A stretch of 64,000 bases of DNA, from assembly GCA_043821645.1 (NCBI GenBank), contig JBDRCO010000051.1, positions 96,001 through 160,000 of the forward strand. Direction: 5' to 3'. The stretch comes from Pseudomonadota bacterium. Lineage in GTDB: Bacteria > Myxococcota > JACRCW01 > JAFGSX01. Position numbers and translations under genes: made by a program. Below the pieces are notes generated by a model. It did not search any database. It was not told the origin of the DNA and was given only the letters and a program-made list of their open reading frames with translations. Below are positions 28,457 through 37,976 of the stretch, in pieces. How positions within the stretch are numbered: the stretch's first letter is position 1; every line of letters begins with the position of its first letter.

Positions 28457-29293
28457 GTGCTGACCATAGAGCTGAGTTGTGCGGTCCTGCTGGTGCTGTA
28501 CTACGGCCTGACCTTCGCGCTCAGTCGCGATCGCAGCCTGCTGGCGCGCCAGGTCCTGGTGCTCAGCACCGCCTCGTGGCTGGCCGAGGACACCTGCATC
28601 CACCTGTACGGTTTTTATGCCTACAGCCCGCGCTGGCACCTCTTCGTCGACCAGGTGCCGCTGCTCATCGCCCTCATCTGGCCCGTGGTCATCCACTCGG
28701 CCTGGACCCTGGCCGGGGCCCTGTCCTCGCAACGCACCACGCTGCGCGCTCTGACCACCGCCGCACTGGTGTTCACGGACGCGGCCCTGATCGAGCCCGT
28801 GGCCGTGCGCGCAGACCTGTGGGCGTGGACGCATCCCGGGGTGTTCGAGGTGCCGGTCATCGGGGTGCTGGGCTGGGCGCTGTTTGCAGGAAGCGCCGCG
28901 TGGCTCCTCGCGCGCCAGCGTCCGCTGATCGACGCTGTGACGCTGTTGCTGGCGCCGGCTCTGACCCACCTGCTGCTGCTGCTGTGCTGGTGGTCCCTGC
29001 TGCGCTGGGTCGAGGCCCCCATCGCAGGCTGGACAGCGGCGGCTCTGGCCTGGCTGGTGTCGGCTGCCGTGCTCGTGCGCGTGCTGCTTCGCCGAACCTG
29101 GCGACGCATGCCACGGCGTGAGCTGATGCTGCGCATCCCTGCCGCGTTGTTCTTCATCGTGCTGCTCGTGATGCACGGGCGCGACGACGTGGCCCTGGTG
29201 CTCTACGTGCTGGCCTTCGTCCCCCCCTACCTGGCGGCCACGCCGTGGCTCCCGTCATCGAGCCAGGCCGGGAGCGCAATCCCCTCGACCTGA
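28457..29293 (+). CDS. Polytopic membrane protein, carotenoid-hydratase (CruF)-like
   Basis: TM helices with E..CI..YGFYAYS, DQVPL.I..IW, D..IEPVAV..LWAW, VPVIGVLGW. Directly abuts the UbiA gene (TGA-GTG). Confidence 0.55.
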   Translation: MLTIELSCAVLLVLYYGLTFALSRDRSLLARQVLVLSTASWLAEDTCIHLYGFYAYSPRWHLFVDQVPLLIALIWPVVIHSAWTLAGALSSQRTTLRALTTAALVFTDAALIEPVAVRADLWAWTHPGVFEVPVIGVLGWALFAGSAAWLLARQRPLIDAVTLLLAPALTHLLLLLCWWSLLRWVEAPIAGWTAAALAWLVSAAVLVRVLLRRTWRRMPRRELMLRIPAALFFIVLLVMHGRDDVALVLYVLAFVPPYLAATPWLPSSSQAGSAIPST

Positions 29294-29302
29294 GGACCGT
29301 GC

Positions 29303-29806
29303 TCAGCCCTCGTCCCGCCACGCCCCCAGCACCTGACCCACGAAGGCGCGGTGATAGTCGTGCTGCGGGTAGTTCTTGTGCAGGGTGGCGTCGAGAAAGT
29401 GCTCGGGCGCCAGGTCAAAGCGCGCCACCGTGCGACATTCGAGGACCAGCGAAGCCTCGGCCACCCGTGGCACTTCGATGTGCTCCGAGGCCTGCGCGTG
29501 AAGACCTGTTGCCTGCCACTTGTCGACGTCACGACCGCTCTTGCTGCCACACAGGTCCATGGCGGAGCGCCAGCGCTCGGGCAAGAAGTTCAGGGTGAAG
29601 GCCGCGGTCTCGTTGAGCAGCGAGAAGGTGTGACGGGTCGGCCTGACGTAGACCGTGACCACGGGCCTGTTCCACAGCGTGCCAAAGCCGCCCCAGGACA
29701 CGGTCATGGGATTGGGGTGCTCGGTACCACCCACCAGCAGAGCCCAGTCCAGGTCCAGGATCTGAAACGGTTTGAGACTGAACTCGACGAGTTCGATACG
29801 GCGCAT
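29303..29806 (-). CDS. Flavin reductase-like (flavoredoxin family) protein
   Basis: NPMTVSWGGFGTLWNRPVVTVYVRPTRHT, CGSKSGRDVDK, LECR, DYH. Confidence 0.88.
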   Translation of the reverse strand: MRRIELVEFSLKPFQILDLDWALLVGGTEHPNPMTVSWGGFGTLWNRPVVTVYVRPTRHTFSLLNETAAFTLNFLPERWRSAMDLCGSKSGRDVDKWQATGLHAQASEHIEVPRVAEASLVLECRTVARFDLAPEHFLDATLHKNYPQHDYHRAFVGQVLGAWRDEG

Positions 29807-29994
29807 GGTGATCTCCTGTGCTGCGGCCCCGAATGTATGCACGCCCGCACCTGCTCACCACTATCGGGAGCGCTCCTGGGTCGATCCCGACCCGGGCTGC
29901 GGTCCCAAACTCTGGATCCATGATCGCTTAATTTTGTTTACTTTCATGATGTTACTAATTTTTCAGGAATTGATCCTTGTCACTTCGAATTCGG

Positions 29995-30041
29995 GATATA
30001 TCTTTCCGATATATCTATAGGACATATCGAAATGATATGTC
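29995..30041. promoter_or_regulatory. Four GATATATC-like operator boxes at 13-bp period (probable PadR autoregulatory site)
   Basis: GATATATC(29995)-N5-GATATATC(30008)-N5-GACATATC(30021)-N5-GATATGTC(30034) in an AT-rich divergent intergenic region, just before the AGGAGG RBS. Confidence 0.7.
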
Positions 30042-30056
30042 TTGAAGGAGGAAACG

Positions 30057-30632
30057 ATGCACGCTAGAGCGCATGGTCACCACCCCTGGGAGTTCGATTG
30101 CATGGGTCCTCGAGGTCGCCACCACCACGGTCCCCCGCCCTGGTTCATGCACTTCATGGGGCCACCGCCACGCGCCGAACGCGGGGAGGTGCGCTACCTC
30201 ATCCTGGACGCGCTCAAGGATCAGCCGCGCCATGGCTACGAGGTGATCCAGACCATCGAGCAGCGATCCGGGGGCAGCTACCGACCGAGCCCCGGCACCA
30301 TCTACCCCACCCTGCAGATGCTCGAGGAAATGGGCCAGGTCGCGGCGCAGCGCCAGGGTGACAAGACCGTGTACGCCATCACCGAGGCCGGGCTGGCCGA
30401 GCTGGCCGAGCACCAGGACGAGGTGGACGACGCCTACCAGCGCCTGGGCGGCGGCACCGACTGGTTCTCGGACTTCGACTTCCAGGGCATGGGCTCGCGC
30501 CTGCGACGGCTGATGCAATCGCTCAAGGGAGCCGTGCGTCGGGGTCAGCTGGGCAAGAGCGAGCTGCAGGCCGTGGCCAAGGTCATCGACGAGGCCGTGG
30601 AGCGTATCGAGAAGATCCTCGATCGCGGCTAA
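30057..30632 (+). CDS. PadR family transcriptional regulator with His-rich N-terminus (YqjI-like)
   Basis: RGEVRYLIL..LKDQPRHGYEVI..YRPSPGTIYPTLQMLEE..YAITEAG. Confidence 0.92.
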   Translation: MHARAHGHHPWEFDCMGPRGRHHHGPPPWFMHFMGPPPRAERGEVRYLILDALKDQPRHGYEVIQTIEQRSGGSYRPSPGTIYPTLQMLEEMGQVAAQRQGDKTVYAITEAGLAELAEHQDEVDDAYQRLGGGTDWFSDFDFQGMGSRLRRLMQSLKGAVRRGQLGKSELQAVAKVIDEAVERIEKILDRG

Positions 30633-30655
30633 GACCAGATGAGCGGGGGTTATCC

Positions 30656-31129
30656 CTAGTCGACCGTGCGCAGGATCTCCTCGCGGAAGCTCTGGCGCCG
30701 CCGCACCATGGTGCGCAGCTCCGCGCCCTTGCGCTCGAAGATGTAGATGGCGCCGGACTTGTTCGACTGGCCCTGCACCAGGCGCTCGTCAAAGTCCACG
30801 CGCGCTGGGCCGGTGCGAGTGGCCACGATGGGAGCGCGGTCGGCCTCGGACTCGTCATCGGCCTGTGTCTGGGGCGGCGCTGGCGGTCGGGCGCTGGCCT
30901 TGCGCGCCTTGCTGCCACCGCGTTTGCTGCGGCTCACCTCGCCACTGCGCGCGGATCGACCGGCCTTGCCCTTGCGCTTGCTCCGGCGCTGCGCCACCTT
31001 GAGTTCGTCGGGCTGACCCTCGCCCTGTAACCTGGGTGTGCGGTCGCGGGCCAGGGCGCCGTCGACCACAAACAGCGAGCTGCTCAGCACGATGGCGCTG
31101 GCAATGGCAATGCGCTGCAGGTTCGACAT
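30656..31129 (-). CDS. Exported CglF/GltF-like small protein
   Basis: Signal peptide, basic low-complexity linker, and C-terminal VDFDERLVQGQSNKSGAIYIFERK..MVRRRQSFREEI resembling the myxobacterial gliding protein CglF/GltF. Confidence 0.6.
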   Translation of the reverse strand: MSNLQRIAIASAIVLSSSLFVVDGALARDRTPRLQGEGQPDELKVAQRRSKRKGKAGRSARSGEVSRSKRGGSKARKASARPPAPPQTQADDESEADRAPIVATRTGPARVDFDERLVQGQSNKSGAIYIFERKGAELRTMVRRRQSFREEILRTVD

Positions 31130-31406
31130 GAGAGCCTCCTTGGTCCTGTGCTAACGACCACCGTGTCCCTGGGGTCTTTCCGCGACGCGGTGGGTCCAGG
31201 TGTGGAGGTGTAGGACGCAAGCCTCGTACCAGGGCCCGGTCACGTCATTTCAAGGAGTTATATGGAGAGCTGTCGGTACAACCCGACACCTTGAGACGCG
31301 CCGAGGTGTGCAGGCCTCAGCAGCAGACCCCAGCGGGCATCGTTCCAGCCGCCCAAAAAACCCGGTCCAACTGGATGGCAAACCCGGTCCGAGGCGCGGT
31401 GCCGTC

Positions 31407-32294
31407 TCATTGGGCCGGCACGTGCTGCGGCACGGCGTGCTGGGCGCCAGCGCAAGCCAAGGACTCCAGCAGCAGGGAGCGACAGCTCTCGTCGCCAGGG
31501 TCGAGTTCGACGCAGCGCTGGGCGGCGGCAGTCGCCTCGGCGCACCGTCCTGTCGCGCGGTACAGGTGGGCCAGACCGGCCAGGCAGCGCGTGTGGGTGG
31601 GCGAGAGCTGCAGGCAAAGCGCACAGCACGCCTCGGCAGCCACCAACTCCTCGTTCTGCTTCTGCACGGTGGTGCTCAGGGCCGCTCGGGATCCGTGCAG
31701 GGCGCACAGGTCGTGCTGGGCCTCGACGTGGTGTGGGCGCAGGGCCAGCAACCGCAGATACTCCGCCTCGCTCGACGCGTAGAAGTCCATTTCGCGCTGA
31801 CGTGCCCCGGCGCCGTCGCCGGCACTCCGCGCGTGCTCGCGCTGGCCGAGCTTGAGCTGGGTCAGCGCCAGGTTGTAACGCGCGTCCACGTAGTCGGGCG
31901 CAATGGCCAGGGCCGAGCGAAAGCGCATGGCCGCTCGCTCCAGATCACCCCGGGACATCTCGAGCGCGCCCAGGTTGTTGCGTGCTTCGGCGAACTCGGG
32001 GTTCAGGCGCAAGGCCTCGAGGTAGCGCTTGCGCGCGGTGTCGTCGTCACCGCGCAGATAAGCCATCAGGCCCAGGGCATTGTGGCACTCGGGATTGAAG
32101 GGATCGAACTCCAGGCACAGCTCGCAATGCGGCTGCGCCACGTCGAGAGCGCGTTGCGTGAGGAGCTCAACGCAGGCGCGCTGCTGCTCGAGCGCCTTGT
32201 TGTTGGGCGGTGGCGTGCCCCAGCAGGTGGCTGCAGCCGCCACCAGCACCAGCAGCACGCACAGGGACACATCGTGCAGGCTTCGCACGTTCAC
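31407..32294 (-). CDS. TPR lipoprotein (Tgl/PilF-like), Cys-rich
   Basis: Lipobox-like AAATC; TPRs (ECHNALGLM, EARNNLGAL, DARYNLAL); AGGAGG RBS before the GTG. Confidence 0.75.
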   Translation of the reverse strand: MNVRSLHDVSLCVLLVLVAAAATCWGTPPPNNKALEQQRACVELLTQRALDVAQPHCELCLEFDPFNPECHNALGLMAYLRGDDDTARKRYLEALRLNPEFAEARNNLGALEMSRGDLERAAMRFRSALAIAPDYVDARYNLALTQLKLGQREHARSAGDGAGARQREMDFYASSEAEYLRLLALRPHHVEAQHDLCALHGSRAALSTTVQKQNEELVAAEACCALCLQLSPTHTRCLAGLAHLYRATGRCAEATAAAQRCVELDPGDESCRSLLLESLACAGAQHAVPQHVPAQ

Positions 32295-32487
32295 GTGCAA
32301 CCTCCTTTGTCGTCGTGGTGCGAGGTGCCGCGGCGCCCCACTGTCCCGTTATCGGACGGCACTCAGCGCTGGTGACGTCGACAGTTATCGCGTGCTGCCA
32401 GCGCGGCATAAGATACGAACACCCACCTCCGTCGTCACGGGGGCTTGCGAGACCGGCCAACAAGGGTGAGAGAGATAAGAGACGCGG

Positions 32488-33900
32488 TCAGCGCGAGGGG
32501 GTGATCCTGTCGTGAGCAATCACCGAGATCTTGAGCCCGGTCAAGGCCGAGGCCGCGCTGAGCCCCATGCGCAGCAGTTCCTCGGGCTGGCTGGTGCCCT
32601 GGGCCAGCTTGAGGCGATTGGGGCCCGCGTGGGGCTCGCCAAAGGTCGGGTCCACGGGTCGCCAGCCCTCGCCGTCAAGGTAGACCTCGACCCACTCGTG
32701 GTAGCCGACGCGGCCGTCCGCCACCACCACGCCGTCGGCAAGGCGGGTGGGGATGCCGGCGGCCTTGGCCAGGGCCGAGAACAGCACGCTGTGCTCGGTA
32801 CAATCGCCGATCCGGGTTTCCAGGGTCTCGGTGGCCGGCGCGTAGGCGCGCGACAGATCCTTCTGCTCCACGCGGTCGAACACGAAGCGGGTCAGGCGCT
32901 CGACGGTCTCCTGGGGTGAGCGCGTGCGATGCGTGAGCTCCTTGACCACCTGCACGATGCGCGGATCGTGGATCGCCTCATAGGGTGTCTCGGCCAGGTA
33001 CTGCTTGCGGTCCGCCGCGCTGAGCTTCTCGACCGGACCCTGGGCCTGGCGCTTCACCTCGACCACGAGGTGGCCGCCCTCGCGCTTGAGCACCCGCTGG
33101 AAACGATCCTCGGGGACCGGGGCGTTGAGGGTGCCATCGACCCGGAACAGAGCGCGCGCGAGCTGACCGCGCGGGGGGAAGTCTTCAGGCGCATCCCATA
33201 CCGTGCGCGCGAGCACATCGAGGGAGGTGGTCAGAGGCGGTGGCGCAGCACCCTCGGGGACCGCGTATGCGCCCAGGGCCGGGATCTCGACGCGCAGGGT
33301 CTTGCCCGCGCGGTCCAGGTGCTCGACCTGCTGCACGCCGGCGATGGAGCTCTCGACCACGAAGCCCTCGGCGGTGGCGCGGCTGCGGTAGCTGGCGTCG
33401 ACCACAGCACCCAGCTCCTCCAGCAACACCTTTCCAGAAAAAGTATCGCCGTCCTTGAGCCTCCTTCGCTGCTGCAGCTCCAGGGCCGCGGCAAAGGTCA
33501 CACCCTCATCCATATCGATGGTGCGTGTGGTGGTGGCACCACCCGCCTCGGTGGTAACGAGGACCTGGCGGCCTTTCACCTCACCGCGTGCCCGCACGGC
33601 ACCCCCTCCCTCGTCCCGTAGGTAGCGGTAACGTAGTGGCTTCAGGGCGGAGTCCAGCAAGGTGACCGCCTGCGAGCTCATGCGCACCTCGGTGCTCCCT
33701 CGGCGCAGGGCCAGCTGGCTTTCGCGGACCAGCTCGTGGGTCCCGTCTGGCAACACGCGGTCGATGGCGACAAGCCGGCCCACACGCTCACCCGCGATGT
33801 ACAGGGTGAAGCGCTCGCTGCGGGTGGCCGGTGCGGGCTCGGCAGCGATCAAGCAGGGCACGAAGATCAGCGCGAGCCAGGCGCGCGGTCGACGGGACAT
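32488..33900 (-). CDS. Exported transglutaminase-like protein
   Basis: Signal peptide from MSRRPRAW; catalytic triad motifs GDCTEHS, YHEWVEVY, VDPT. Confidence 0.88.
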   Translation of the reverse strand: MSRRPRAWLALIFVPCLIAAEPAPATRSERFTLYIAGERVGRLVAIDRVLPDGTHELVRESQLALRRGSTEVRMSSQAVTLLDSALKPLRYRYLRDEGGGAVRARGEVKGRQVLVTTEAGGATTTRTIDMDEGVTFAAALELQQRRRLKDGDTFSGKVLLEELGAVVDASYRSRATAEGFVVESSIAGVQQVEHLDRAGKTLRVEIPALGAYAVPEGAAPPPLTTSLDVLARTVWDAPEDFPPRGQLARALFRVDGTLNAPVPEDRFQRVLKREGGHLVVEVKRQAQGPVEKLSAADRKQYLAETPYEAIHDPRIVQVVKELTHRTRSPQETVERLTRFVFDRVEQKDLSRAYAPATETLETRIGDCTEHSVLFSALAKAAGIPTRLADGVVVADGRVGYHEWVEVYLDGEGWRPVDPTFGEPHAGPNRLKLAQGTSQPEELLRMGLSAASALTGLKISVIAHDRITPSR

Positions 33901-33941
33901 GGGGAACCTCACGAGATGGGACGTCGTGGCAAGGGTGGTGT

Positions 33942-35423
33942 TCACGCGCGCTCGACCGCCCGTTGCCAGATGGCCAGCTTGCGCTCGCGCTGCCCGGCGT
34001 CCATGGCCGGAACAAAGCGCCTGTCCTCGCGCCAGGCCCGGGTCACGGCGTCGAGATCCGCAAACACACCGGTGGCCAGACCCGCGAGGCAGGCCGCACC
34101 CAGCGCCGTGGTCTCGACGTCGGCCGGGCGAATGCAGGTCACACCCAGGACATCGGCCTGAAACTGCATGAGCAGGTTGTTCTGGCTGGCGCCACCGTCG
34201 ACACGCAGCTCGGTCAGGGTCTGCCCGCTGTCGAGCTGCATGGCGTCGAGCATGTCGTGAATCTGCAGCGCCACGCCCTCGAGCACGGCGCGGGCGATGT
34301 GGCCACGCGTGGTGTCGCGCGACACCCCCGACAGCAGGCCGCGTGCCTCGGGACGCCAGTGCGGAGCCCCCAGACCGGCGAGAGCGGGCACGAAGCAGAC
34401 CTCTCCACAGTCGTCGACGCTGCGCGCCAGCGCCTCGACCTCGGCCGCGTTCTGGATCAAGCCCAGGCCATCGCGCAACCACTGCACCGCGGCGCCGGCA
34501 ATGAAGGCCGAGCCTTCGAGGGCGTAGACCACCTCGTCACCGAGCTTCCAGCCGACGGTGGTGAGCAGGCCGCGGGCCGAGGGCACAGCGCGCGCGCCAG
34601 TGTTGAGCAACACGAACGCCCCGGTGCCGTAGGTGCACTTGGCGCTGCCGGGTGTGAAGCAGGCCTGTCCGAACAGGGCCGCCTGCTGGTCGCCGGCGAT
34701 GCCCGCGATGGGAATGCCATCGGGGAGGCTGTTGACGCCGGCGGTGTGGCCGTAGACCTCGGACGACGACCGGATCTCGGGCAAGCAGGCGCGCGGCACC
34801 CGGAGCGGAGCGAGCAGCGCGTCGTCCCACTGCAAGCTGCGCAGGTCCATGAGCAGGGTGCGCGAGGCATTGCTGACATCGGTGACGTGGACCTTGCCTC
34901 CGGTGAGCTTGTAGATCAACCAGGTGTCGATGGTGCCAAAACACAGGTCGCCGCGCTGCGCGGCCGTCGCCGCACCCTCGACGTGCTCGAGGAGCCAGCG
35001 CAGCTTGGTGCCGGAAAAGTAGGGATCCAGGACCAGACCGGTGCGTTCCCGGTACAGGGACTCGAGGCCCTGTTCCTTGAGGCTGTGGCACAGCTCCGCG
35101 GTCCGGCGGCACTGCCACACGATGGCATTGTGCACGGGTACGCCGTTGTCGCGGCGCCACAGGCCGGTGGTCTCGCGCTGGTTGGTGATGCCGATGCCCG
35201 CGATCTGTGTGGCGTCGACACCGGCGGCGGACAGCAGCGCTGGCACCTGTTGCTCGACGCAGGCCCAGATCTCATCGAGGTCGTGCTCGACCCAGCCGGG
35301 TTTGGGGAAGATCTGCTTGAACTCGCGGCCCTGCCTGGCGCGAAGACGCAGCTGCGCGTCCACCAGTAGCAAGGTGGTCGTGGTGGTCCCCTGGTCGATG
35401 GCAAGAATGAACTTCTCCGCCAT
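33942..35423 (-). CDS. glpK: Glycerol kinase
   Basis: AIDQGTT, GITNQRETT, NAIVWQCRRT, DPYFSGTK, TDVSNASRT, GDQQAALFGQ, KCTYGTG, DGGASQN, ETTALGAA. Confidence 0.96.
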   Translation of the reverse strand: MAEKFILAIDQGTTTTTLLLVDAQLRLRARQGREFKQIFPKPGWVEHDLDEIWACVEQQVPALLSAAGVDATQIAGIGITNQRETTGLWRRDNGVPVHNAIVWQCRRTAELCHSLKEQGLESLYRERTGLVLDPYFSGTKLRWLLEHVEGAATAAQRGDLCFGTIDTWLIYKLTGGKVHVTDVSNASRTLLMDLRSLQWDDALLAPLRVPRACLPEIRSSSEVYGHTAGVNSLPDGIPIAGIAGDQQAALFGQACFTPGSAKCTYGTGAFVLLNTGARAVPSARGLLTTVGWKLGDEVVYALEGSAFIAGAAVQWLRDGLGLIQNAAEVEALARSVDDCGEVCFVPALAGLGAPHWRPEARGLLSGVSRDTTRGHIARAVLEGVALQIHDMLDAMQLDSGQTLTELRVDGGASQNNLLMQFQADVLGVTCIRPADVETTALGAACLAGLATGVFADLDAVTRAWREDRRFVPAMDAGQRERKLAIWQRAVERA

Positions 35424-35460
35424 GAGGGCTCCTCCTCGGTGTGAAGGGAATCGGTGTGGT

Positions 35461-35817
35461 TCAGCGCGTGTGCAGAGTCAGCTGCTTGACCTGTTCGGCA
35501 AGGGCCTGGGCGCCGTCGCCCTCGATGCGCAGGAAGGAGATGCCCATGCCATGCAGCTCGGATTGTCCGCTGCCCTTCTCGTCGATGAGCAGGGTCTGGT
35601 GGTGCTTGACCACACCCTTGGCCTGAACGGCTCCGGCGCCGGGCAAGTCGAACTTGAGGTCGATCTGGCTGCCCACCGGAAGCGGTTTGTCGGTCTCGAG
35701 GTAGATACCCCCGGCGGACAGATTGAAGCTCTGGTAGCGCTGGATGCCACGCGTGGTCTCGACGCGAACCGCCGTGCGGATGAAGGCGCGCGGCATGACA
35801 CGGCGTTCGACGCCCAT
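35461..35817 (-). CDS. Single PilZ-domain protein
   Basis: RRVMPR (RxxxR), NLSAGG (NxSxxG), GMGISF; AGAGAGG RBS. Confidence 0.85.
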   Translation of the reverse strand: MGVERRVMPRAFIRTAVRVETTRGIQRYQSFNLSAGGIYLETDKPLPVGSQIDLKFDLPGAGAVQAKGVVKHHQTLLIDEKGSGQSELHGMGISFLRIEGDGAQALAEQVKQLTLHTR

Positions 35818-35971
35818 GGTGGTCCTCTCTTTCTGGGGCAGTCCGCCCAGGGGCGTCCGGCCGGAGGCACAGTGTGCCAGGGGATCGTTACCTAGCAAAG
35901 GACGGGGACGATCACAACGACCGCGCAGAACCGGGCTTGACCGCGCGTCGACGTGCGGTGATGGTGCCCAC

Positions 35972-36979
35972 ATGAATCGCCTCGACGCCATTCGCCGCCG
36001 CATGGCGCTGCTGAGGACCGTGCGCGACTTCTTCGAGGCCCGCGACTTTGAGGAGGTCGAGACGGCACTTCTCATCGAAGCCAACGCGCCCGAACCACAC
36101 ATAGACGCCCTCGCGGTGGACGTGCGCAGTGGCCCGGCAACGCAGCGGCGTTACCTGCGCACCTCCCCCGAACTCGCGCTTAAAAGGCTCCTGGGCCGGG
36201 GGCTCGAACGCGGCTTCGAGATCGCCCGCGTGTTCCGCGATGACGAGCAGGGGCCGCAGCACCGCGTCGAGTTCACCCTGCTCGAATGGTACCGCTCCGC
36301 CGAGGACTACACCGTCCTGATGGAGGACTGCGATGCCCTGCTGGCACAGTGCTGCCGGAGTCTGGGTGTGGGCCCTCGCGTCCCGGGTCTTCATGCGCCC
36401 TGTGACCTCGACGCTGGCTGCGAGCGTCTGACCATGAGCGAGGCCTTTGCGCGTCACGCCCACCTCGACCTGGTGCCTTACCTCGACGGCGATGGCCGAG
36501 GCTTGCGCGATGCCGCACAGCAGGCAGGCGTGTGCCTGGTTCCAGCGCTGCGCGACGATGCGGCGCCGGACTTCGAGGCTGTCTTCTTCAGCATCTTCCT
36601 GAGCGCGGTCGAGCCCGAACTCGGCCGGGCACGCCCCACCATCCTGTACGAGTGGCCCGCACCCCTGGCCGCCCTGTCTCGCCGCAAGCCGTCCAACCCC
36701 CGGGTGGCCTTGCGTTTCGAGCTCTATGCGGGTGGTCTCGAGCTCGCCAATGCCTTCGACGAACTTACCGACCCCGCCGAGCAAACCGCGCGTTTCACCC
36801 AGGATCGCAGCGCACGCCAGCTCGACGCGCGCGATCCCTATCCGCTCCCCGATGCGTTCCTGAGCGACCTGGTACGGGTCCAGCCCTGCTGCGGCATCGC
36901 CCTGGGCCTGGAGAGGCTCCTGATGCTGCTCCACGCGGAATCTGACCTTGTGGACGCGGCAGTGCCCTGGGCACTTTGA
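35972..36979 (+). CDS. epmA: EF-P lysine aminoacylase EpmA (GenX/PoxA)
   Basis: Class II LysRS catalytic domain without an anticodon domain: YLRTSPELALKRLL, FRDDE..HRVEFTLLEWYR, RFELYAGGLELANAFDELTD, GIALGLERL. Confidence 0.92.
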   Translation: MNRLDAIRRRMALLRTVRDFFEARDFEEVETALLIEANAPEPHIDALAVDVRSGPATQRRYLRTSPELALKRLLGRGLERGFEIARVFRDDEQGPQHRVEFTLLEWYRSAEDYTVLMEDCDALLAQCCRSLGVGPRVPGLHAPCDLDAGCERLTMSEAFARHAHLDLVPYLDGDGRGLRDAAQQAGVCLVPALRDDAAPDFEAVFFSIFLSAVEPELGRARPTILYEWPAPLAALSRRKPSNPRVALRFELYAGGLELANAFDELTDPAEQTARFTQDRSARQLDARDPYPLPDAFLSDLVRVQPCCGIALGLERLLMLLHAESDLVDAAVPWAL

Positions 36980-37141
36980 ACTTTTCTCCGTCGTGGAGCG
37001 TTGACGTGCATGGTGCGTCACTTGACGTGGGGTGGGAGCTTTGATTACCTTGCGCGCGTCTCAGGGGAACATTCGTGCTGTTCGTGGAGTTGCAGACAGC
37101 ACGTGCCACCAAAAACCCGCGCGCGTGCGCCTGGAGGTCTG

Positions 37142-37945
37142 ATGACCCGCAAGCTGCTGTCGCTGGTCCTGCCCATCGTCACACTAACCGTGCTGGCACT
37201 ATCAGCGTGCCCAGGTCCAGAGTGGCCAAAATGCGAGAATGACGATCACTGCAAGGCGGACAAGGACGGCAACGCCTCCGGGCAGGATCTCATCTGCGTG
37301 TTCGGGCAGTGCCAGGAGTGCGCCAAGGACACGGACTGCAAGGGCGGCAAGGTGTGCCGATCCTATCGTTGCGTGGTCAAGCCGGAGTGCGAGCGCGACG
37401 CCGACTGCGGCGGCAACAAGGTCTGCGGCGGCGGCAAGTGCAAGCTCGAGTGCACCGACGACGCGGCCTGCGGCGCCGGCCGGAGCTGTCAGAAGAACCG
37501 GTGCGTGACCGGCGTGTCGTGCGCAGAGGACGCGGACTGCCCCGAGGGTCAGGGCTGCGTGCGAGGCTTCTGCAAGAAGGCCGGCAGCGACGGTGCCAGT
37601 GCAGGCGGCCCCTGCGAGGTGCAACCGCGCATCTTCTTCGATTTCAACCAGGCCAGCATCACCACCGAGGCGCGCGCTACCCTCGATCAGACCGCGTCGT
37701 GCCTGAAGGAGCGCCCGGACCTGAAGATCACCATCGAGGGCCATTGCGACGAGCGTGGCACCGCGGAGTTCAACCTGGCCCTGGGCGAGCGGCGTGCCGA
37801 CTCGACCCGCAAGTACCTGCAGAAGCTCGGCGTCGACGCCAAGCGCGTCAAGATCATCTCCTACGGCGAGGAGAAGCCTCTGGATTCAGGAAGCAGCGAA
37901 TCCGCCTGGTCCCAGAATCGCCGCGCCGAGTTCGTGACCCGCTGA
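37142..37945 (+). CDS. pal: Peptidoglycan-associated lipoprotein (Pal/OmpA-like) with Cys-rich N-terminal repeats
   Basis: Lipobox LSAC; five C..D.DC repeats; IFFDFN, IEGHCDERGTAEFNLALGERRA, SYGEEKP, NRRAEF. Confidence 0.88.
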   Translation: MTRKLLSLVLPIVTLTVLALSACPGPEWPKCENDDHCKADKDGNASGQDLICVFGQCQECAKDTDCKGGKVCRSYRCVVKPECERDADCGGNKVCGGGKCKLECTDDAACGAGRSCQKNRCVTGVSCAEDADCPEGQGCVRGFCKKAGSDGASAGGPCEVQPRIFFDFNQASITTEARATLDQTASCLKERPDLKITIEGHCDERGTAEFNLALGERRADSTRKYLQKLGVDAKRVKIISYGEEKPLDSGSSESAWSQNRRAEFVTR

Positions 37946-37976
37946 GCACGCTCGCGCCTTGCCGAGGATCCCACCC

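Noticed and set aside
32488-34482. 664-aa transglutaminase, and similar N-terminal extensions of SppA, EpmA, YebC, BamA and the 43134 ORF
   Set aside because: The extensions overlap neighbouring genes or intergenic DNA; downstream starts with an RBS, signal peptide or family N-terminus fit better.
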